A stretch of 64,000 nucleotides of DNA from Nemertoderma westbladi (GCA_032718475.1 JAUCBJ010002736.1:1-64000); one strand, 5' to 3'. Shown: positions 36,665 to 49,360, numbered from the stretch's first letter. The notes: generated by a model from the letters alone, not told the origin. Made by a program: numbers and translations.

Positions 36665-37789
36665 ATCTGCTATCTGAGTTTATTAATATCAAATAAGTTT
36701 GTATTTAGGCGAGCGGGCGTCGCTGCCTACTTCTCTTTGCCCCCGGACAGTGGGATTCTCAGCGCCGATGTACCGTCGTCGGGGTGTTTACGCCAACATG
36801 TAGCAACAGCACGACAACGATAACCGGCACAAGTCACTCCACTGTCCGTCCCAAAGGCTTGAATTCACTTTAGGTTCTTTCTATAGGAGAGTTGGGCTAT
36901 TTTTACAATTGCGACTAGCTACTGTAAACATACTTTAGCAGTAACATTCACCTATAAACGCACAAATTCCACACAACTGTCAACAACTGCACACACACAG
37001 GCCATTTGTCCGTTAGTCAGTGCCTTCCAGAATGTCACGTTATTACTGTGTATCCTTGGATACTAACAGTGTGCTATGTTCTCTATGCTATGCAATGGGA
37101 CAAGCTTTCTATTGTTCTTTTAACTTGCTTCTAATTCTAGCGTGGGTGTTGCTATGGTGACATTATGTAATGCTAGCGGTAGAATTAGGGTAATTCTCAT
37201 GCATACAGATCTGGGATGCTATTTAATAATAATTCTTTAATTGTCAATATCCTCTTTATGCATGATTTTATTAATTTTATCGGCTATTGACTATATGTCG
37301 GAGATTCTCGCACTCTAATACACTCAATAGGATGAATCTCCGCTCCCATGATCTATTAATTAATGGAATTTTGGGAATGTTATAAATTGTACAAAATGAC
37401 AATTTATGAAATTCATTTAAAAATATGAATTTAAATTTATTCCCGTGAATTTTATTATTTGATGTTAAAATTGACACAATTTGATTCCAGAGCAGGTCTG
37501 GGGACATAGGATCCTTAATTCTATGAAATTTGTCTTTTAAGAGTATCGGGAAGTGCTACGATATCTTAATCGACTAGAATTGTTAATGGATCTGAATTTT
37601 ACAGATTTTAACAAATATTAAATTAATATTTAAGATGGGCACCGATTTATTCCAGAACTTGTCTGGGGACGTTAACCATTGATTCTAGAATTTGTCTTTC
37701 AAGTATATCGGTGGGTGCCGCGATATCTTAATCGACTAGAATTACAGATGGTCAAAAGGTTTAACAGATTTATTTGCGTTTTACGCTAC

Positions 37790-38273
37790 TGTTATAGGGA
37801 CATCACGCTACTATATGTATTATTTAATATAAGGTAGAAGAGCAATATCGCACGAAGCAATGTCAGTGTGAAGAGGCAAGTCGTTTCCAAGGTCTACCCA
37901 GAGCTTGGCTTAGCCGAGACACGAGGATCTGAACTTTGCATTCCTAATACTCTGCCTACCGATAATACTTGAATATAGTAGTGGCTTTATTGTACTTTAA
38001 TAAGTACGGATATTTCATCTTACTGTAGTCACGTATTTATAATATGATACGGACAGTAAGGAAAGAGAAAAAATTATTTCTCGCCGTCGCACTAAATATA
38101 TATTATAAGTAATTACGTACGTAATAAACACTAATATATTGCACTAATCTACTAAATAATCACTAAAATAACATTCTACTAAATAAAATTGAATAAAAAC
38201 GATTATAATAAAGTACATAATAAAGTTCGCATATAAAAATATAATAAAATAGATAAAACAATATAGTCATACA
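37790..38273 (-). repeat. Putative 3' LTR of the BEL/Pao element
   Basis: On minus: GGAGTGGG tract, then TGT...ACA, with an internal AATAAA (~37986). Lies just after the pol stop. No partner LTR was found. Confidence 0.6.
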
Positions 38274-38288
38274 CCCACTCCAGACGTA

Positions 38289-41200
38289 TCACGTTAGGGA
38301 GTCCCTAGATGTTTGAGGAATTAGGGAGGTGGTCGTGGGAAGAGTGTCTTGCCTTCCATAGTTTCCAGAGAGTTCTCTGTCTCTTTCCAGTAAACATAAA
38401 CGACCAACTGGGCGATTGAGTTGTTGCGTCTCAAAGATGATGCCTGGCTTCTTGAAGTTACGCCGCATGACGATGAGTTCTACCGAGCGTACTAAACCAT
38501 CATCTGAGATGTGTGTCTCGATGATACGACCTGTCTGCCAGCGTTTACGTGGGAGGTCTGGATCTACAATAAGCACCATATCTCCAGCGCTGACATTTTC
38601 TTGCTGCGCAAACCACTTAGTTCGAAGTTGTAGCGTGGGCAGATAATGTTTCTCGAAATGGTCAGCGAAACGACGGGATAGCAACTGCATAAGTTGCCAA
38701 GTTCGACGGCAATATTCGTCTCCGTCGGCAATCTCCGATCGTGGGAGCATGGCTACAGGTTTCTTCAGTAGGAAGTGCGCGGGTGTTAGCGCTTCCAGGG
38801 AATCGGGACTCGATGAGACTGGCATAAGCGGTCTCTCGTTGAGATAGGCAGCGATTTCCTCCATTAACGTCCGCAAAAGTTCGTCGGTGAGATACGCGCG
38901 GCATGGCACTATAAAGTGAAATGCGGTTTTGACACTTCGAATTAATCTCTCCCAACTTCCTCCCCACCAAGGGGCGTCGGCAGCGTTGAAGGTCCAGCTA
39001 GACGCTGTTATCCTTAGCTGGTCGTCCACCTGTCTTTGGTTCCAGTCCTTCACGTAAGCCTGTATCTCGTTGTTGGCACCTATGAAGTTCGTTCCTTTAT
39101 CCGATCTCATGGTATTACTCGTCCCGAAGCAAGCGATCTGTCGTCGTAAACTTAAGACGAAGCTGTTAGTAGATAGATCGTTCACCATATCGAGATGGAT
39201 GGCTCTACAAGTCATGCACACGAAGATGACACACCATCTCTTGACTATAGTCCTCGCATGATATACTTCAATAGGGCCAAATAAATCTACACCAGTATTA
39301 GTAAAAGGTGGTTCATAGAAGCTTACTCGTTCCCTAGGTAATTCTGCCTCTCGCTGTGTTAAAGGCCTACTGAATGCTTTCCTACAGGGTATGCAGTTCC
39401 TAAGAACTTGGTTCAGAGCTCTACGGGGTTTATCAAAATAATAGCGAGTTCGAATTTCGCTAAGAATTCGTTCTCTACCAGCATGGTAAAGTTTACTGTG
39501 AACGTCTACAATCATCTTGATTTGTACTTCAAGATTTCTAATAAGTATGGGGAATTTGGTGTCAAAGGATAAGGGCGCGTTGGTGAGTCTTCCTCCAACA
39601 CGTATTAACCCATCTATCATTGTGCTCGAGAATCGATCCCTTAAGCGCATCTGTGGATTTCTCAACAACAGGAAGTACTTTTCGGAATCCTCATAGCATT
39701 GCAGGAGTCTCAGTATCTGCTTATTTGTTTCTTCATGCTCCTGGTGACTAATTTTCTCTTTTAGAAAACGATCAGATATCTTATATTTGGGTAAATTCTG
39801 AATAACATGAACTTGTGCAGATGTCAATGGAGCGTGATCACTAGTGGTCTTCGTCCTGGAGTAGTGATGATGAAAACATCGTCTTAAATATGTGACGGCT
39901 TTACAGAGCCGATTCCAGGAACTGTCATGATGCATTGCTCTCTGCAGCATGGGTGAGATTCCTTGCGAGACGTCTGGTATTCCAGATTTCCAATCTTTAT
40001 CTCTAATTTCCACAACAGACTTATTTGTGTTGAGGGATTGTGGATCCGAAGCATCATTCCCGGAAGTATGTAATACAGATAGATCGATAGTCGGTTTAAA
40101 TAACTTCGATTTACTCGCCCAGGTTTTAGGTTTGACTGTCTCCGCTCCCTTGGCTTGTCTAATCTCTGCCGTAGTAAGGTGAGGAGGCCATTCATCCTCT
40201 TCCTTGCTCAGGAAGTCGGGTCCACCCAACCAATCTGGAGTATCTATCAGTTCCTGTGGGGTTGCTCCCCTGGAGGCGATATCGGCTGGATTAATCGTAC
40301 CAGGGCAATGTCTCCATTGATCTATCTTGGTGCGACTAAGAATAATAGCTACTCGGTTAGTAACAAAAACGCTAAACTGACAGACTTCATTGGTGAGATA
40401 CTCCAACACGAGTAAAGCGTCGGTCCAATAAACCGTTTTCTCCAGTGGATAGTCGATTTGTTCCGTTACGTTCCGGCCGATGGCTGTAGCGTATAAAGCC
40501 GCCTTTAACTCCGCTCGAGGAACCTTTAACTTGTTGTTAATCAATGCCTTAGAGGTAACCAAGGCGACCTTGATTCCATCCGGAGTTTCGACTCGCAGAT
40601 ATGCTACTATACCTATTCCCATGTCGCTGGCGTCTCCAAACACATGGAGTTGATAGGAATACGTAGGAAGAACATGGCCAAAATATGCACGGGAAATTAT
40701 AAAGTTCTCGATGGCAGGTAGAGAATCTTCCCATTTCATCCATTTCTTTAACAATTCCCCTTTAAGCGGATCGTCCCATGAGTGGTTTTCAAGCCACATT
40801 TGTTGTACTAAACTCCGAGCAATCAATATAACTGGGCTAATAAATCCCAATGGGTCGAAATAAGTGCTCAGGATGCTTAAACAAATCCGTTTGGTCCGAA
40901 CTGGATTATCTCGCTGTTTTAACTGAAAAAACAGGATGTCTCTTTCAGTGTCCCACTTCAAGCCTAGCGTCTTGGTTTCAGGAAGATCGTCCTTTATCAA
41001 ATCTAGGTCTTTCGCTCCGTGGTCTTCTACCGGTATGGCTTCCAGAAACTCACGGGAGTTGCTAGTGAATTTCGTCAGTCGAAATCCACCTCTTTTCAAA
41101 CACTCTACCATTCCTTTCGCGACAGCTATGGCTTCTTCTACTGATGGAAGGGACCTTAAATTGTCGTCCATGTATATATTGCGTTTTATGTTGTCTATCA

Positions 41201-44200
41201 CTTCTTTGGAGAAGGAGTCTCGGTTGTCATTCGCAGTGGTTCGCACCACGGAGCAGGCGTTGGAAGGGCTTGATATGATCCCAAAAGCCTGGATGGTCAT
41301 CCAGTACTCTACCGGTTTCTGGTTGAGGTCTCCTTCAGGCCACCACAGAAATCTCAGGCTGTCTCTATCTCTATCCAGCGCCTTGACTTGTAAGAACATT
41401 CCTTCTATATCAGAGGCGAACGCGATGGAATATTGTCTTAATCTAAATAGTATTCCCAACAAAGATTGGAGTAAGTTGGGTCCTGGTAACAACTCGGAAT
41501 TGAGGGATTGGCCCATATATAGAGCAGAGCCATCAAATACGACTCGTACTTCATGGGGTTTACCGGGTTTGGGAACGTAATGATGTGTTAAATAATACGT
41601 TCTCTCAGTCACTGGTGTTCCTTCCGGTACTCTCTCCGCGTATCCCTTTGTTATAAATTTCTTCAGCTGAGTTTGGTACATTTCTTTCGCTGAAGCATTA
41701 GCTGTAAGGCGTCGATATAATTGAGCGATTATTTTCTCTGCCAAGGGTCTGTTATTTATAAATCTAGGTTCTCGTTTTCGAAATGGTAGGCCGATTTCAT
41801 ACCTACCTTGGTCCTTTAAAAAACGTGTAGTTGTTTCCTGGATTTGCTTGGCTCTTTCTTCTTCTATCGATAGAGCCTTATTATATGAATTGGGCTCTAC
41901 CAGTTCCTGAGTAAAGAATCGTACGGCTAGTTCGTCCCGAGTTCTAGCGTAGTAGCGCTCTATCTCATCGTTTAGTTCGTCATTGTAAGCGATGGGTTCC
42001 GATGGGTGAATCAGTTGACATAGGTTCACCTGACTTTTCCAAGTTTGGTTTTCTGTAAGTAGGTCGATTGTGTTCTCTTCATCGAAGAGTTGATAGATGT
42101 CGTCATTATCTGAGGAGTATGGTGTTCCTTCAGTTAGTTCGTCCACCTCACTGCTCTCCACTTCCCAATCGTGTACTTGGTATGTTTGATCTCGTGGCAT
42201 TCTCTCTTCGAGAGTCCTGCGGGAAGGGCCAGTAAAGTACCAACCTACTCTAGTTCTTACCGCATAGGTTTGCAGTGGCTGCGGTTGAGCAGGCCGTTTC
42301 TCTAATGTTTCGAGCGCCTCATGCGCGTTCTGGCCGATGAGTATTTGCACTCCAGGATAATCTGTCTGGAATCGAGGTATCTTAAGATGTTGGATGCTCT
42401 CATCCTCGTCCCAATTATAAAGGTCTGCTTGAGTAGTAGCGAAGTTCTTTATAGCCACCATTTTTACCGACCTTATACCTTGTGCTCCTATCTTATCCTG
42501 GGGGGTGGACAACACACCTACATAGTAATCTGCCGTTAAGGTAGATTTCCAAACCTGCATAATTCCTGACATATTCAATTTAGTCCGGAATTTGGGTTGT
42601 CCAGCAAAGATATCTTCGGCTAATTCTTGATCGATGAATGTTCCTGTGCTGCCGGAGTCAAGGAGGGCGTTCACTATGTAACTTTTGTTAAGACCGTGAA
42701 CTCTTACCTGCACTACAGGAAATTCTCTGATTCCTACGTTGGAAGTTGGAGCTTTCCAAGATGGTTGTTTGGCAAAAGTAGTTGGGGGAAACTCATCGTT
42801 GGTGTCCTTTTCATAAGTAAGTGCTCGATACACTGCGGTATTGATTAGATAACAGGATTCGTTGGCATCGGAGAATTCGTCAGTATAGAATCCTTCCATC
42901 TCAGACTCCTGATCAGTGTCGTTTACATCACTGAATTGGACATGTAGTTCGGGCTCACTTACCTGACTCTGTTTGTCTCGTTCGAACTCACTGTGTAACA
43001 AGATGTGATGTTTCGCGCCACACTTTGCACACTTTATGTCGGAGTAACAGGTTCGCCGTTGGTGTCCTGGTCTGAGGCAATTATAGCATAACCGCTTGTC
43101 CCACACAACTGCACGTCTGTCTACAAGGGATTTCTTTAGAAATTCAGCACACGCACTCAAACGGTGGGTCCCGTTGCACAGCGCACAGTTAGGTTTTATG
43201 TTACTCACCTTACCTTGGGTAATTTGATGCACTCTCGTTTTTTCTTCGGGTTTTCTTCGGTGCATTCTGTTAGGAGACTGAGGGGGGGTCTTGGTAACCT
43301 GTTCTCTCCTATCGTTGTTTCGAGCCTTGTATTTACTTACATCTTTGGAGGTTTTGTCAACGTAGTAAGATCGGTCAGTGTCTTTCCCGCTGTCCTCTTC
43401 TTGAGAAACTTGGCTTTCGCCGTCGTCAGTGTAACACACCGGTGTTATTCTTCTCCTAGAAGCGGGTTTCTCACTTACCTTATTTTCCGATGTTTTCTCT
43501 CTGGACTGCTTGATGAGTTGTAGTTTTACCTCACCATCTAAGAAGGACATGAGATCAGCCATGGTAGGACTTCGTCGTTGTTGTTCATTCATGTACAACA
43601 CTTTCTTGTCCCAGCGTGTACATACTCCACCTTTTGGTAAAGTAGAGACTACGGCTCCAATAACCATTGAACTCTGATATTCATGAGACTTACCTAACCA
43701 GTCCAATTGTCTACAGATCTCCTGAATTTCATTGGAAAACTCTATAATCCCGCTACTAAGGAAGTGTCGGGGGGCTACTAATTTTGCATACAAATACTTA
43801 GCTATGTTATCCTTGTTACCATACCTGATGTTTAATGTATCCCATACTTGTCTTAATCCTTCTGGATGTCCAATAAACTTTAACGCCATTAATCTGGGAG
43901 GTCCTTCCAAGCACTTGATGAGGAACCTAAGTTTCTCTCCGTTAGATAGTACAGAGTTTTGTATACTATCTTTGTAATATTCGTTGAAAGGTAACCATTT
44001 CATCTCATCTCCATTGAATTTGACGATCTCTCCCACTTTGACCGCTTGGCGGGCTTCTGTTCTAGCCATCTGACGCGTAAAGCTTTCTTGGGCCATCGTG
44101 TTATTTAATATCGAATTATCGGTATATAAATTTCTCGGATCATTGTCAGGTCTATAAGGGATATCATTAATAACAGGTCTATAATCACCCTTAATAGGGT

Positions 44201-45074
44201 TTGTTATAGGAGTTTCTACTTCACTAGCAGTATAGATGCGTGTAGGCTCCACACCTTGCGCATGTAATACTTCAGACCTAACAGGTTGACACAATGTTAC
44301 AGGGGGTATTGGTATCCCCTTTTGGATATTGACTAATTTGTCGCGTTCTAGCGCGATACTTTGCTGCACTTCTTGCAATTCGGCCCTACCTTCCCTTACT
44401 GTTCCCTTAAGTTGGTGGACAGTCTCCTGCATCTGTCCGAGCAGGAGATTCATCCCCCGCCGTCCCTCCTCTACCCACTCGACCGCAGAAGCGGGAGTCG
44501 CCAACATTGTAGCGGGCTGACGTGGGACGACGGGAGACAAATCTTTGATTTCTCTCTCAGCTTCCAGGACAGGAATATTCTCATGGACTGTTCTACCGGG
44601 TACAGGCAGTGTAGTACTGTGTAAAGGGAACTTAGAGTTAAGCTCTGGAAGTACAGGGGTCTCTAGCACAGGTGTGACTTTGGGAACGACAGGCCTAATT
44701 ATTTCAGGCTCATCAACTATAGTAGGGAGTTTTTTGACCTTAATAATTTGGTCTGTAGGTTCTATTCTACTTAAGTCGGTGCTAGCTAGTTGTCTCTTAA
44801 CAGCTGGGGGCAAATCAGGCAATTTGTGACGGTAAGATGTTTTTCTATGCCGGCTTAGACGAGATCTATTTCCTCCGCCTTCAGGATCGGTGGTTTCACT
44901 TTCCTCCGATGACGTATATCCCATCCGTTTGGGAGTAGATTTTCTCATCATCTGCATGTGACTAGCAGTTAACTGTTTATTTATGTTGTCTTGCGTCTCT
45001 TGCAGATTTTCCAACTCCAGTTGGGTAGTCTCTTCAGACGCTCTCTGTTCTGCGTCTACTGCTGTACTGACCAA
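38289..45074 (-). CDS. BEL/Pao retrotransposon gag-pol polyprotein
   Basis: 2261-codon open frame with three Cys/His knuckles, protease LLDSGS, RT YMDD, RNase H HVFGDAS, integrase HHCC + DLFGP/SDKGTNF/GGSWERLI, and a BEL-type C-terminus (YLPTLQLRTKW). Confidence 0.97.
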   Translation of the reverse strand: MVSTAVDAEQRASEETTQLELENLQETQDNINKQLTASHMQMMRKSTPKRMGYTSSEESETTDPEGGGNRSRLSRHRKTSYRHKLPDLPPAVKRQLASTDLSRIEPTDQIIKVKKLPTIVDEPEIIRPVVPKVTPVLETPVLPELNSKFPLHSTTLPVPGRTVHENIPVLEAEREIKDLSPVVPRQPATMLATPASAVEWVEEGRRGMNLLLGQMQETVHQLKGTVREGRAELQEVQQSIALERDKLVNIQKGIPIPPVTLCQPVRSEVLHAQGVEPTRIYTASEVETPITNPIKGDYRPVINDIPYRPDNDPRNLYTDNSILNNTMAQESFTRQMARTEARQAVKVGEIVKFNGDEMKWLPFNEYYKDSIQNSVLSNGEKLRFLIKCLEGPPRLMALKFIGHPEGLRQVWDTLNIRYGNKDNIAKYLYAKLVAPRHFLSSGIIEFSNEIQEICRQLDWLGKSHEYQSSMVIGAVVSTLPKGGVCTRWDKKVLYMNEQQRRSPTMADLMSFLDGEVKLQLIKQSREKTSENKVSEKPASRRRITPVCYTDDGESQVSQEEDSGKDTDRSYYVDKTSKDVSKYKARNNDRREQVTKTPPQSPNRMHRRKPEEKTRVHQITQGKVSNIKPNCALCNGTHRLSACAEFLKKSLVDRRAVVWDKRLCYNCLRPGHQRRTCYSDIKCAKCGAKHHILLHSEFERDKQSQVSEPELHVQFSDVNDTDQESEMEGFYTDEFSDANESCYLINTAVYRALTYEKDTNDEFPPTTFAKQPSWKAPTSNVGIREFPVVQVRVHGLNKSYIVNALLDSGSTGTFIDQELAEDIFAGQPKFRTKLNMSGIMQVWKSTLTADYYVGVLSTPQDKIGAQGIRSVKMVAIKNFATTQADLYNWDEDESIQHLKIPRFQTDYPGVQILIGQNAHEALETLEKRPAQPQPLQTYAVRTRVGWYFTGPSRRTLEERMPRDQTYQVHDWEVESSEVDELTEGTPYSSDNDDIYQLFDEENTIDLLTENQTWKSQVNLCQLIHPSEPIAYNDELNDEIERYYARTRDELAVRFFTQELVEPNSYNKALSIEEERAKQIQETTTRFLKDQGRYEIGLPFRKREPRFINNRPLAEKIIAQLYRRLTANASAKEMYQTQLKKFITKGYAERVPEGTPVTERTYYLTHHYVPKPGKPHEVRVVFDGSALYMGQSLNSELLPGPNLLQSLLGILFRLRQYSIAFASDIEGMFLQVKALDRDRDSLRFLWWPEGDLNQKPVEYWMTIQAFGIISSPSNACSVVRTTANDNRDSFSKEVIDNIKRNIYMDDNLRSLPSVEEAIAVAKGMVECLKRGGFRLTKFTSNSREFLEAIPVEDHGAKDLDLIKDDLPETKTLGLKWDTERDILFFQLKQRDNPVRTKRICLSILSTYFDPLGFISPVILIARSLVQQMWLENHSWDDPLKGELLKKWMKWEDSLPAIENFIISRAYFGHVLPTYSYQLHVFGDASDMGIGIVAYLRVETPDGIKVALVTSKALINNKLKVPRAELKAALYATAIGRNVTEQIDYPLEKTVYWTDALLVLEYLTNEVCQFSVFVTNRVAIILSRTKIDQWRHCPGTINPADIASRGATPQELIDTPDWLGGPDFLSKEEDEWPPHLTTAEIRQAKGAETVKPKTWASKSKLFKPTIDLSVLHTSGNDASDPQSLNTNKSVVEIRDKDWKSGIPDVSQGISPMLQRAMHHDSSWNRLCKAVTYLRRCFHHHYSRTKTTSDHAPLTSAQVHVIQNLPKYKISDRFLKEKISHQEHEETNKQILRLLQCYEDSEKYFLLLRNPQMRLRDRFSSTMIDGLIRVGGRLTNAPLSFDTKFPILIRNLEVQIKMIVDVHSKLYHAGRERILSEIRTRYYFDKPRRALNQVLRNCIPCRKAFSRPLTQREAELPRERVSFYEPPFTNTGVDLFGPIEVYHARTIVKRWCVIFVCMTCRAIHLDMVNDLSTNSFVLSLRRQIACFGTSNTMRSDKGTNFIGANNEIQAYVKDWNQRQVDDQLRITASSWTFNAADAPWWGGSWERLIRSVKTAFHFIVPCRAYLTDELLRTLMEEIAAYLNERPLMPVSSSPDSLEALTPAHFLLKKPVAMLPRSEIADGDEYCRRTWQLMQLLSRRFADHFEKHYLPTLQLRTKWFAQQENVSAGDMVLIVDPDLPRKRWQTGRIIETHISDDGLVRSVELIVMRRNFKKPGIIFETQQLNRPVGRLCLLERDRELSGNYGRQDTLPTTTSLIPQTSRDSLT

Positions 45075-45076
45075 CT

Positions 45077-47689
45077 CGTCACCTTCAAGGCAGAACCCCC
45101 TAAGTCGATTTTTGTAGTTCTGAGATAATCGATAAAAACTGTTTATTTTTTAGAGAGAGGCCTCAGTTTACTTGTTATTGTGTTTTTTGATAACTAAATA
45201 TATATAGAATTCATATAATTAAACTTTCAATTTGATTTAGAATTAACTTTGAAATATATTGCGGTTTTTTTTTAAAAATTCTGACTTATGGTGTTTTGCC
45301 AAAACAAAGGGGTCCACCGTTTTCTGGTATTATCCCGTAACTATACGATAGTTGCGGGGTATTGCCTAGAAAACAAGGTATCCTCAATTTGGCAAAACAC
45401 CATAAGTACGAATTTTTACAAAAAAACACGCAAAATATATCAAATTATAGCCAAGGCGTATCGTGCGTACTTAATTATTTAGTGCGTAGTGCGCACGTAA
45501 TACATGTGCGCATTTGTTATTAGCTAATAAGTGCTATCTAACATGTTAACTAGCACATAATCAGGTGTTAGTATTACCTGTAAACGCAATAATAACAAAT
45601 AATCACATACAATATAGCTAACACACTTGCGCACATGTCGGAAATTTTTGAATTCAAAATTCTAAAGAGCTCCATAAGTTTTTGATATTTTGGTATTAAT
45701 TGCTTCTAAAATAAGTACGGGACTGTAGTTAGAATCATGTATCAATACAAATTGAACAAAATGTAGCCAAATGCAGAACTATAAGAACAAAATTTAGATT
45801 CAAGAAAGCGGAACTCTAAGTACAAAATATAGCCATGGGTGGTACTCTACAATAAGAACAAAGTCTAGCTACAGGGTTACAGCTACGTTAAAGTGAAGTT
45901 CACTTACAGTACGTCATGACGAATAATTAAAGACCTGTTTTTTCTACAGTACGTGGCAACATTTTGAGCAACTCTATCAGCAACTTAGTAAGCATTTCAG
46001 GTTGCGATCAAGTTGCTCTATGTAAACGCGAACTTTGTTGCTGTTAAAGATGCCTCATATAACGGAGACTAAAAGTTAATGTTGCTCAAATTAAGTTGCT
46101 AGTTGCTGACCAAATTGTCCAAAACGTCCGGCAACCTATAGTAACTTATAGCAACTTGGACAAAAACATTAAATGATGGATAGATATTTATCAGCACCAT
46201 AAACATTAATGTGGGACAAACATTAATCAGGGTGACAAACATTAATGTGGGACATAAACATTGATGTAGGACACAAACAATAATGTGGGACATAAACATT
46301 GATATAGGTCACAAACATTAATGAGGGACACATACATTAATGATGGACACAAATATTAATGAGGGACACAAACATTAATGAGGGACACAACATTAATGAG
46401 GGACACAAACATTAATTGAGGGACACTAACATTAATGAGATACACAAATATTAATGAGGGACACAAACATTAATGAGCGACACAAACATTAATGAGGGAC
46501 ACAAACAATAAACGAGGGACAGATATCAATCAAGGGCACAAACATTAATGAGGGACACAAACATTAATGAGCGACACAAACATTAATGAGGGACACAAAC
46601 ATTAATGAGGGACGAAAACATTAATGAGGTACACAAACATTAATGAGGGACACAAACATTAATGAGGGAGACAAACAATAAACGAGGGACAGATATCAAT
46701 CAAGGGCACAAACATTAATGAGGGACACAAACATTAATGAGGGACACAAACATTAATGACGGACGCAAACATTAATGAGGTTCACAAACATTAATGAGGG
46801 ACACAAACATTAATGAGGTACACAAACATTAATGAGGGACACAAACATTAATGAGGTACACAAACATTAATGAGGGACACAAACATTAATGAGGGACACA
46901 AACATTAATGACGGACGCAAACATTAATGAGGTTCACAAACATTAATGAGGTACACAAACATTAATGAGGGACACAAACATTAATGAGGGACACAAACAT
47001 TAATGAGGTACACAAACATTAATGAGGGGCACAAACATTAATGAGGGACACAAACATTTAATGAGATACACAAACATTAATGAGGGACACAAACAATAAA
47101 CGAGGGACAGATATCAATCAAGGGCACAAACATTAACCATGGGCACTATCGCCCTTCGCACTTCGCACTTCGCACAATTCTCATTACTGTCAAGCAATAA
47201 AATAACAACAATAAATAATAACATATTAATCTGACCAAACCAATAAACTATGATATTGCCAATTGAAGGAAAGGATCAGGATACAGAGATGGTTTTTCTA
47301 ACCAAAACAATAAACTAATTAATATTTGTGTCCTGGCCGCAATACAAACCAGTATATAAATGATAAATTACGGGGTTTTGCCAGGCTATTGTTTCTGATT
47401 TAAGGGGTTTTACAGGTTGTTATTTCTGATTTAAGGGGTTTTGCCAGGTGGACTGAATTTCATATACTTGAATTTACGGTGTTTTGCAAGCCAATTATTG
47501 ACTTGGGGGGTTCTGCCTCGAAGTGGGCATAAGTTACGGGGAACTGTCTTTGGCTTATAACTCAAAAATGGCTGGTAGAAAAGCTTCGGGGTTCTGCCAG
47601 ACGAAAAAGCCGATATCGAATTACCCAAAAAGTCAAAAACATGAAAATCGAAAAAAATCGACTTAGGGGGTTCTGCCTTGAAGGTGACG
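45077..47689. mobile_element. Non-autonomous DNA transposon with ~37-bp TIRs and 4-bp TSD (Sola-like)
   Basis: CGTCACCTTCAAGGCAGAACCCCCTAAGTCGATTTTT at the left end, its reverse complement at the right end, AACT on both sides. No transposase ORF. The superfamily call is tentative. Confidence 0.85.
46195..47140. repeat. 19-bp minisatellite
   Basis: Unit CATTAATGAGGGACACAAA, inside the TIR element. Confidence 0.95.
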
Positions 47690-48284
47690 AACTGAAAGTA
47701 CTTTGTACCGGTACCATCCTATATCAGTACATCTAGGCATGCAGTACATCAATTCAGGTTTTACTTAATTAATTAATTAAGCATTTAAGTCAAATATTTT
47801 CTTTCCGTTTTTCTTCACAATCTTCGTAAATTGTATTTCCAGATCTTTTCGCCACACCGTTGTGATATGAATGAGTCCGATATAACTCCGTATTTCACCG
47901 TTTGGGTGCGTTTGGGGCCGTTTGGGTACCGTTTGGGTTTTTAGTCCTACCGCCTGCTAGTTACATAAACTCGTAACAGGCTTCAGATGGTATAAGGTTA
48001 TGCCTAAAATAATAGCAGGAGGAACATCTATTATTATACGCACTGTAAGAATAGAAACAGCCAATATGTAGTGCGTAAGAACATCGTAAAGTATGGCAAC
48101 CAATAGGAGCTTTAGAATTACGGCAACCGATGCTGGGCAACGGATAAACAATCTCAACAGTGACATACAGCATGGATTGGAGACGAAATATTATGCGCTC
48201 AGAAGTTGAATAGTTCTCTGATAAAAATATAAGACTTCGATATGCAGTTAGCGTGTGCATCAAAAAAAATGTTCACGCAAAATG

Positions 48285-48800
48285 CAATATTTTTACTCTC
48301 GATATTTTTCAACACTTGATATTTTTACTCCCGATATTTTTACTCTCGATATTTTTCAACACTCGATATTTTTTCTCTCGATATTTTTACTCTCGATATT
48401 TTTCAACACTCGATATTTTTCAACACTCGTTATTTTTACTCCCGATATTTTTACTCTCGATATTTTTCAACACTCGATATTTTTAAACACTCGATATTTT
48501 TCAACACTCGATATTTTTACTCTTGATGTTTTTACTCTCGATATTTTTCAACACCCGATATTTTTACTCTCGATATTTTTACCCTCGATATTTTTCAACA
48601 CTCGATATTTTTCAACACTCGATATTTTTCAACACTCGATTTGTTTCAACACTCGTTATTTTCGATATTTTTCATCTTGCGTTATTTTTACTCCCGATAT
48701 TTTTTAATCACGTAAATTTTCAACACTCGTTATTTTTACTCTCGATATTTTTACTCTCGTTATTTTTACTCTCGATATTTTGCAAGTCTCGATATTTTTT
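48285..48800. repeat. Short-unit tandem repeat (CTCGATATTTTT core)
   Basis: Alternating ACTCTCGATATTTTT and CAACACTCGATATTTTT units. Confidence 0.9.
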
Positions 48801-48889
48801 CACCATTACCCACCATGTACCGCATAGGGTACTAAGTCAAGCAATACTGCAGTCAAGGCGTACTTGACTGCTGTACCTGCATACAGTTC

Positions 48890-49360
48890 CAGGGTGTCGA
48901 ACGACCGGGAAAAGGCCGGGAAAAAATTAAACAGGGAAAAACCTGGAAAATGCCTTCGAAAAATATCATGTAACCGGGAATTTGCTAAAACAGTAGACAG
49001 CTGAACGATGAGATAGAAGAGCTATAACAACTCTGAGTTTAGTATTTAATAAAATATACTAACTTGAGGGGTAAAATTATAATTGAATGTAAATGCACAT
49101 TATTATTATATATTATATTATGCAATTAAATTGAATACAATAATATAATATTTACAATAATATTTTGTACATACAATTTTTTTGACAACATATAATTTGA
49201 TAGGAAAGGTTAACATGAAATTTAGGTCAAGTGGAAATCAAAATATAATAATGTTTTTATGTAATACATTATGTCATCAAACTGGTAAAATTCACAAATG
49301 AACCTGGAAAAACCGGGAAAGGGCCGGGAAAAAATCATGTCAAAATCGTTCGACACCCTG
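48890..49360. mobile_element. 471-bp MITE with CAGGG termini and 5-bp TSD (hAT5-like)
   Basis: Perfect 15-bp TIR CAGGGTGTCGAACGA, TSD AGTTC on both sides, subterminal CC(G/T)GGAAA repeats. Confidence 0.88.

Noticed and set aside
38416-44829. Plus-strand ORFs within the BEL element
   Set aside because: Antisense shadows of the gag-pol ORF.
48253-48867. Phe-rich ORFs
   Set aside because: Derived from the CTCGATATTTTT repeat.
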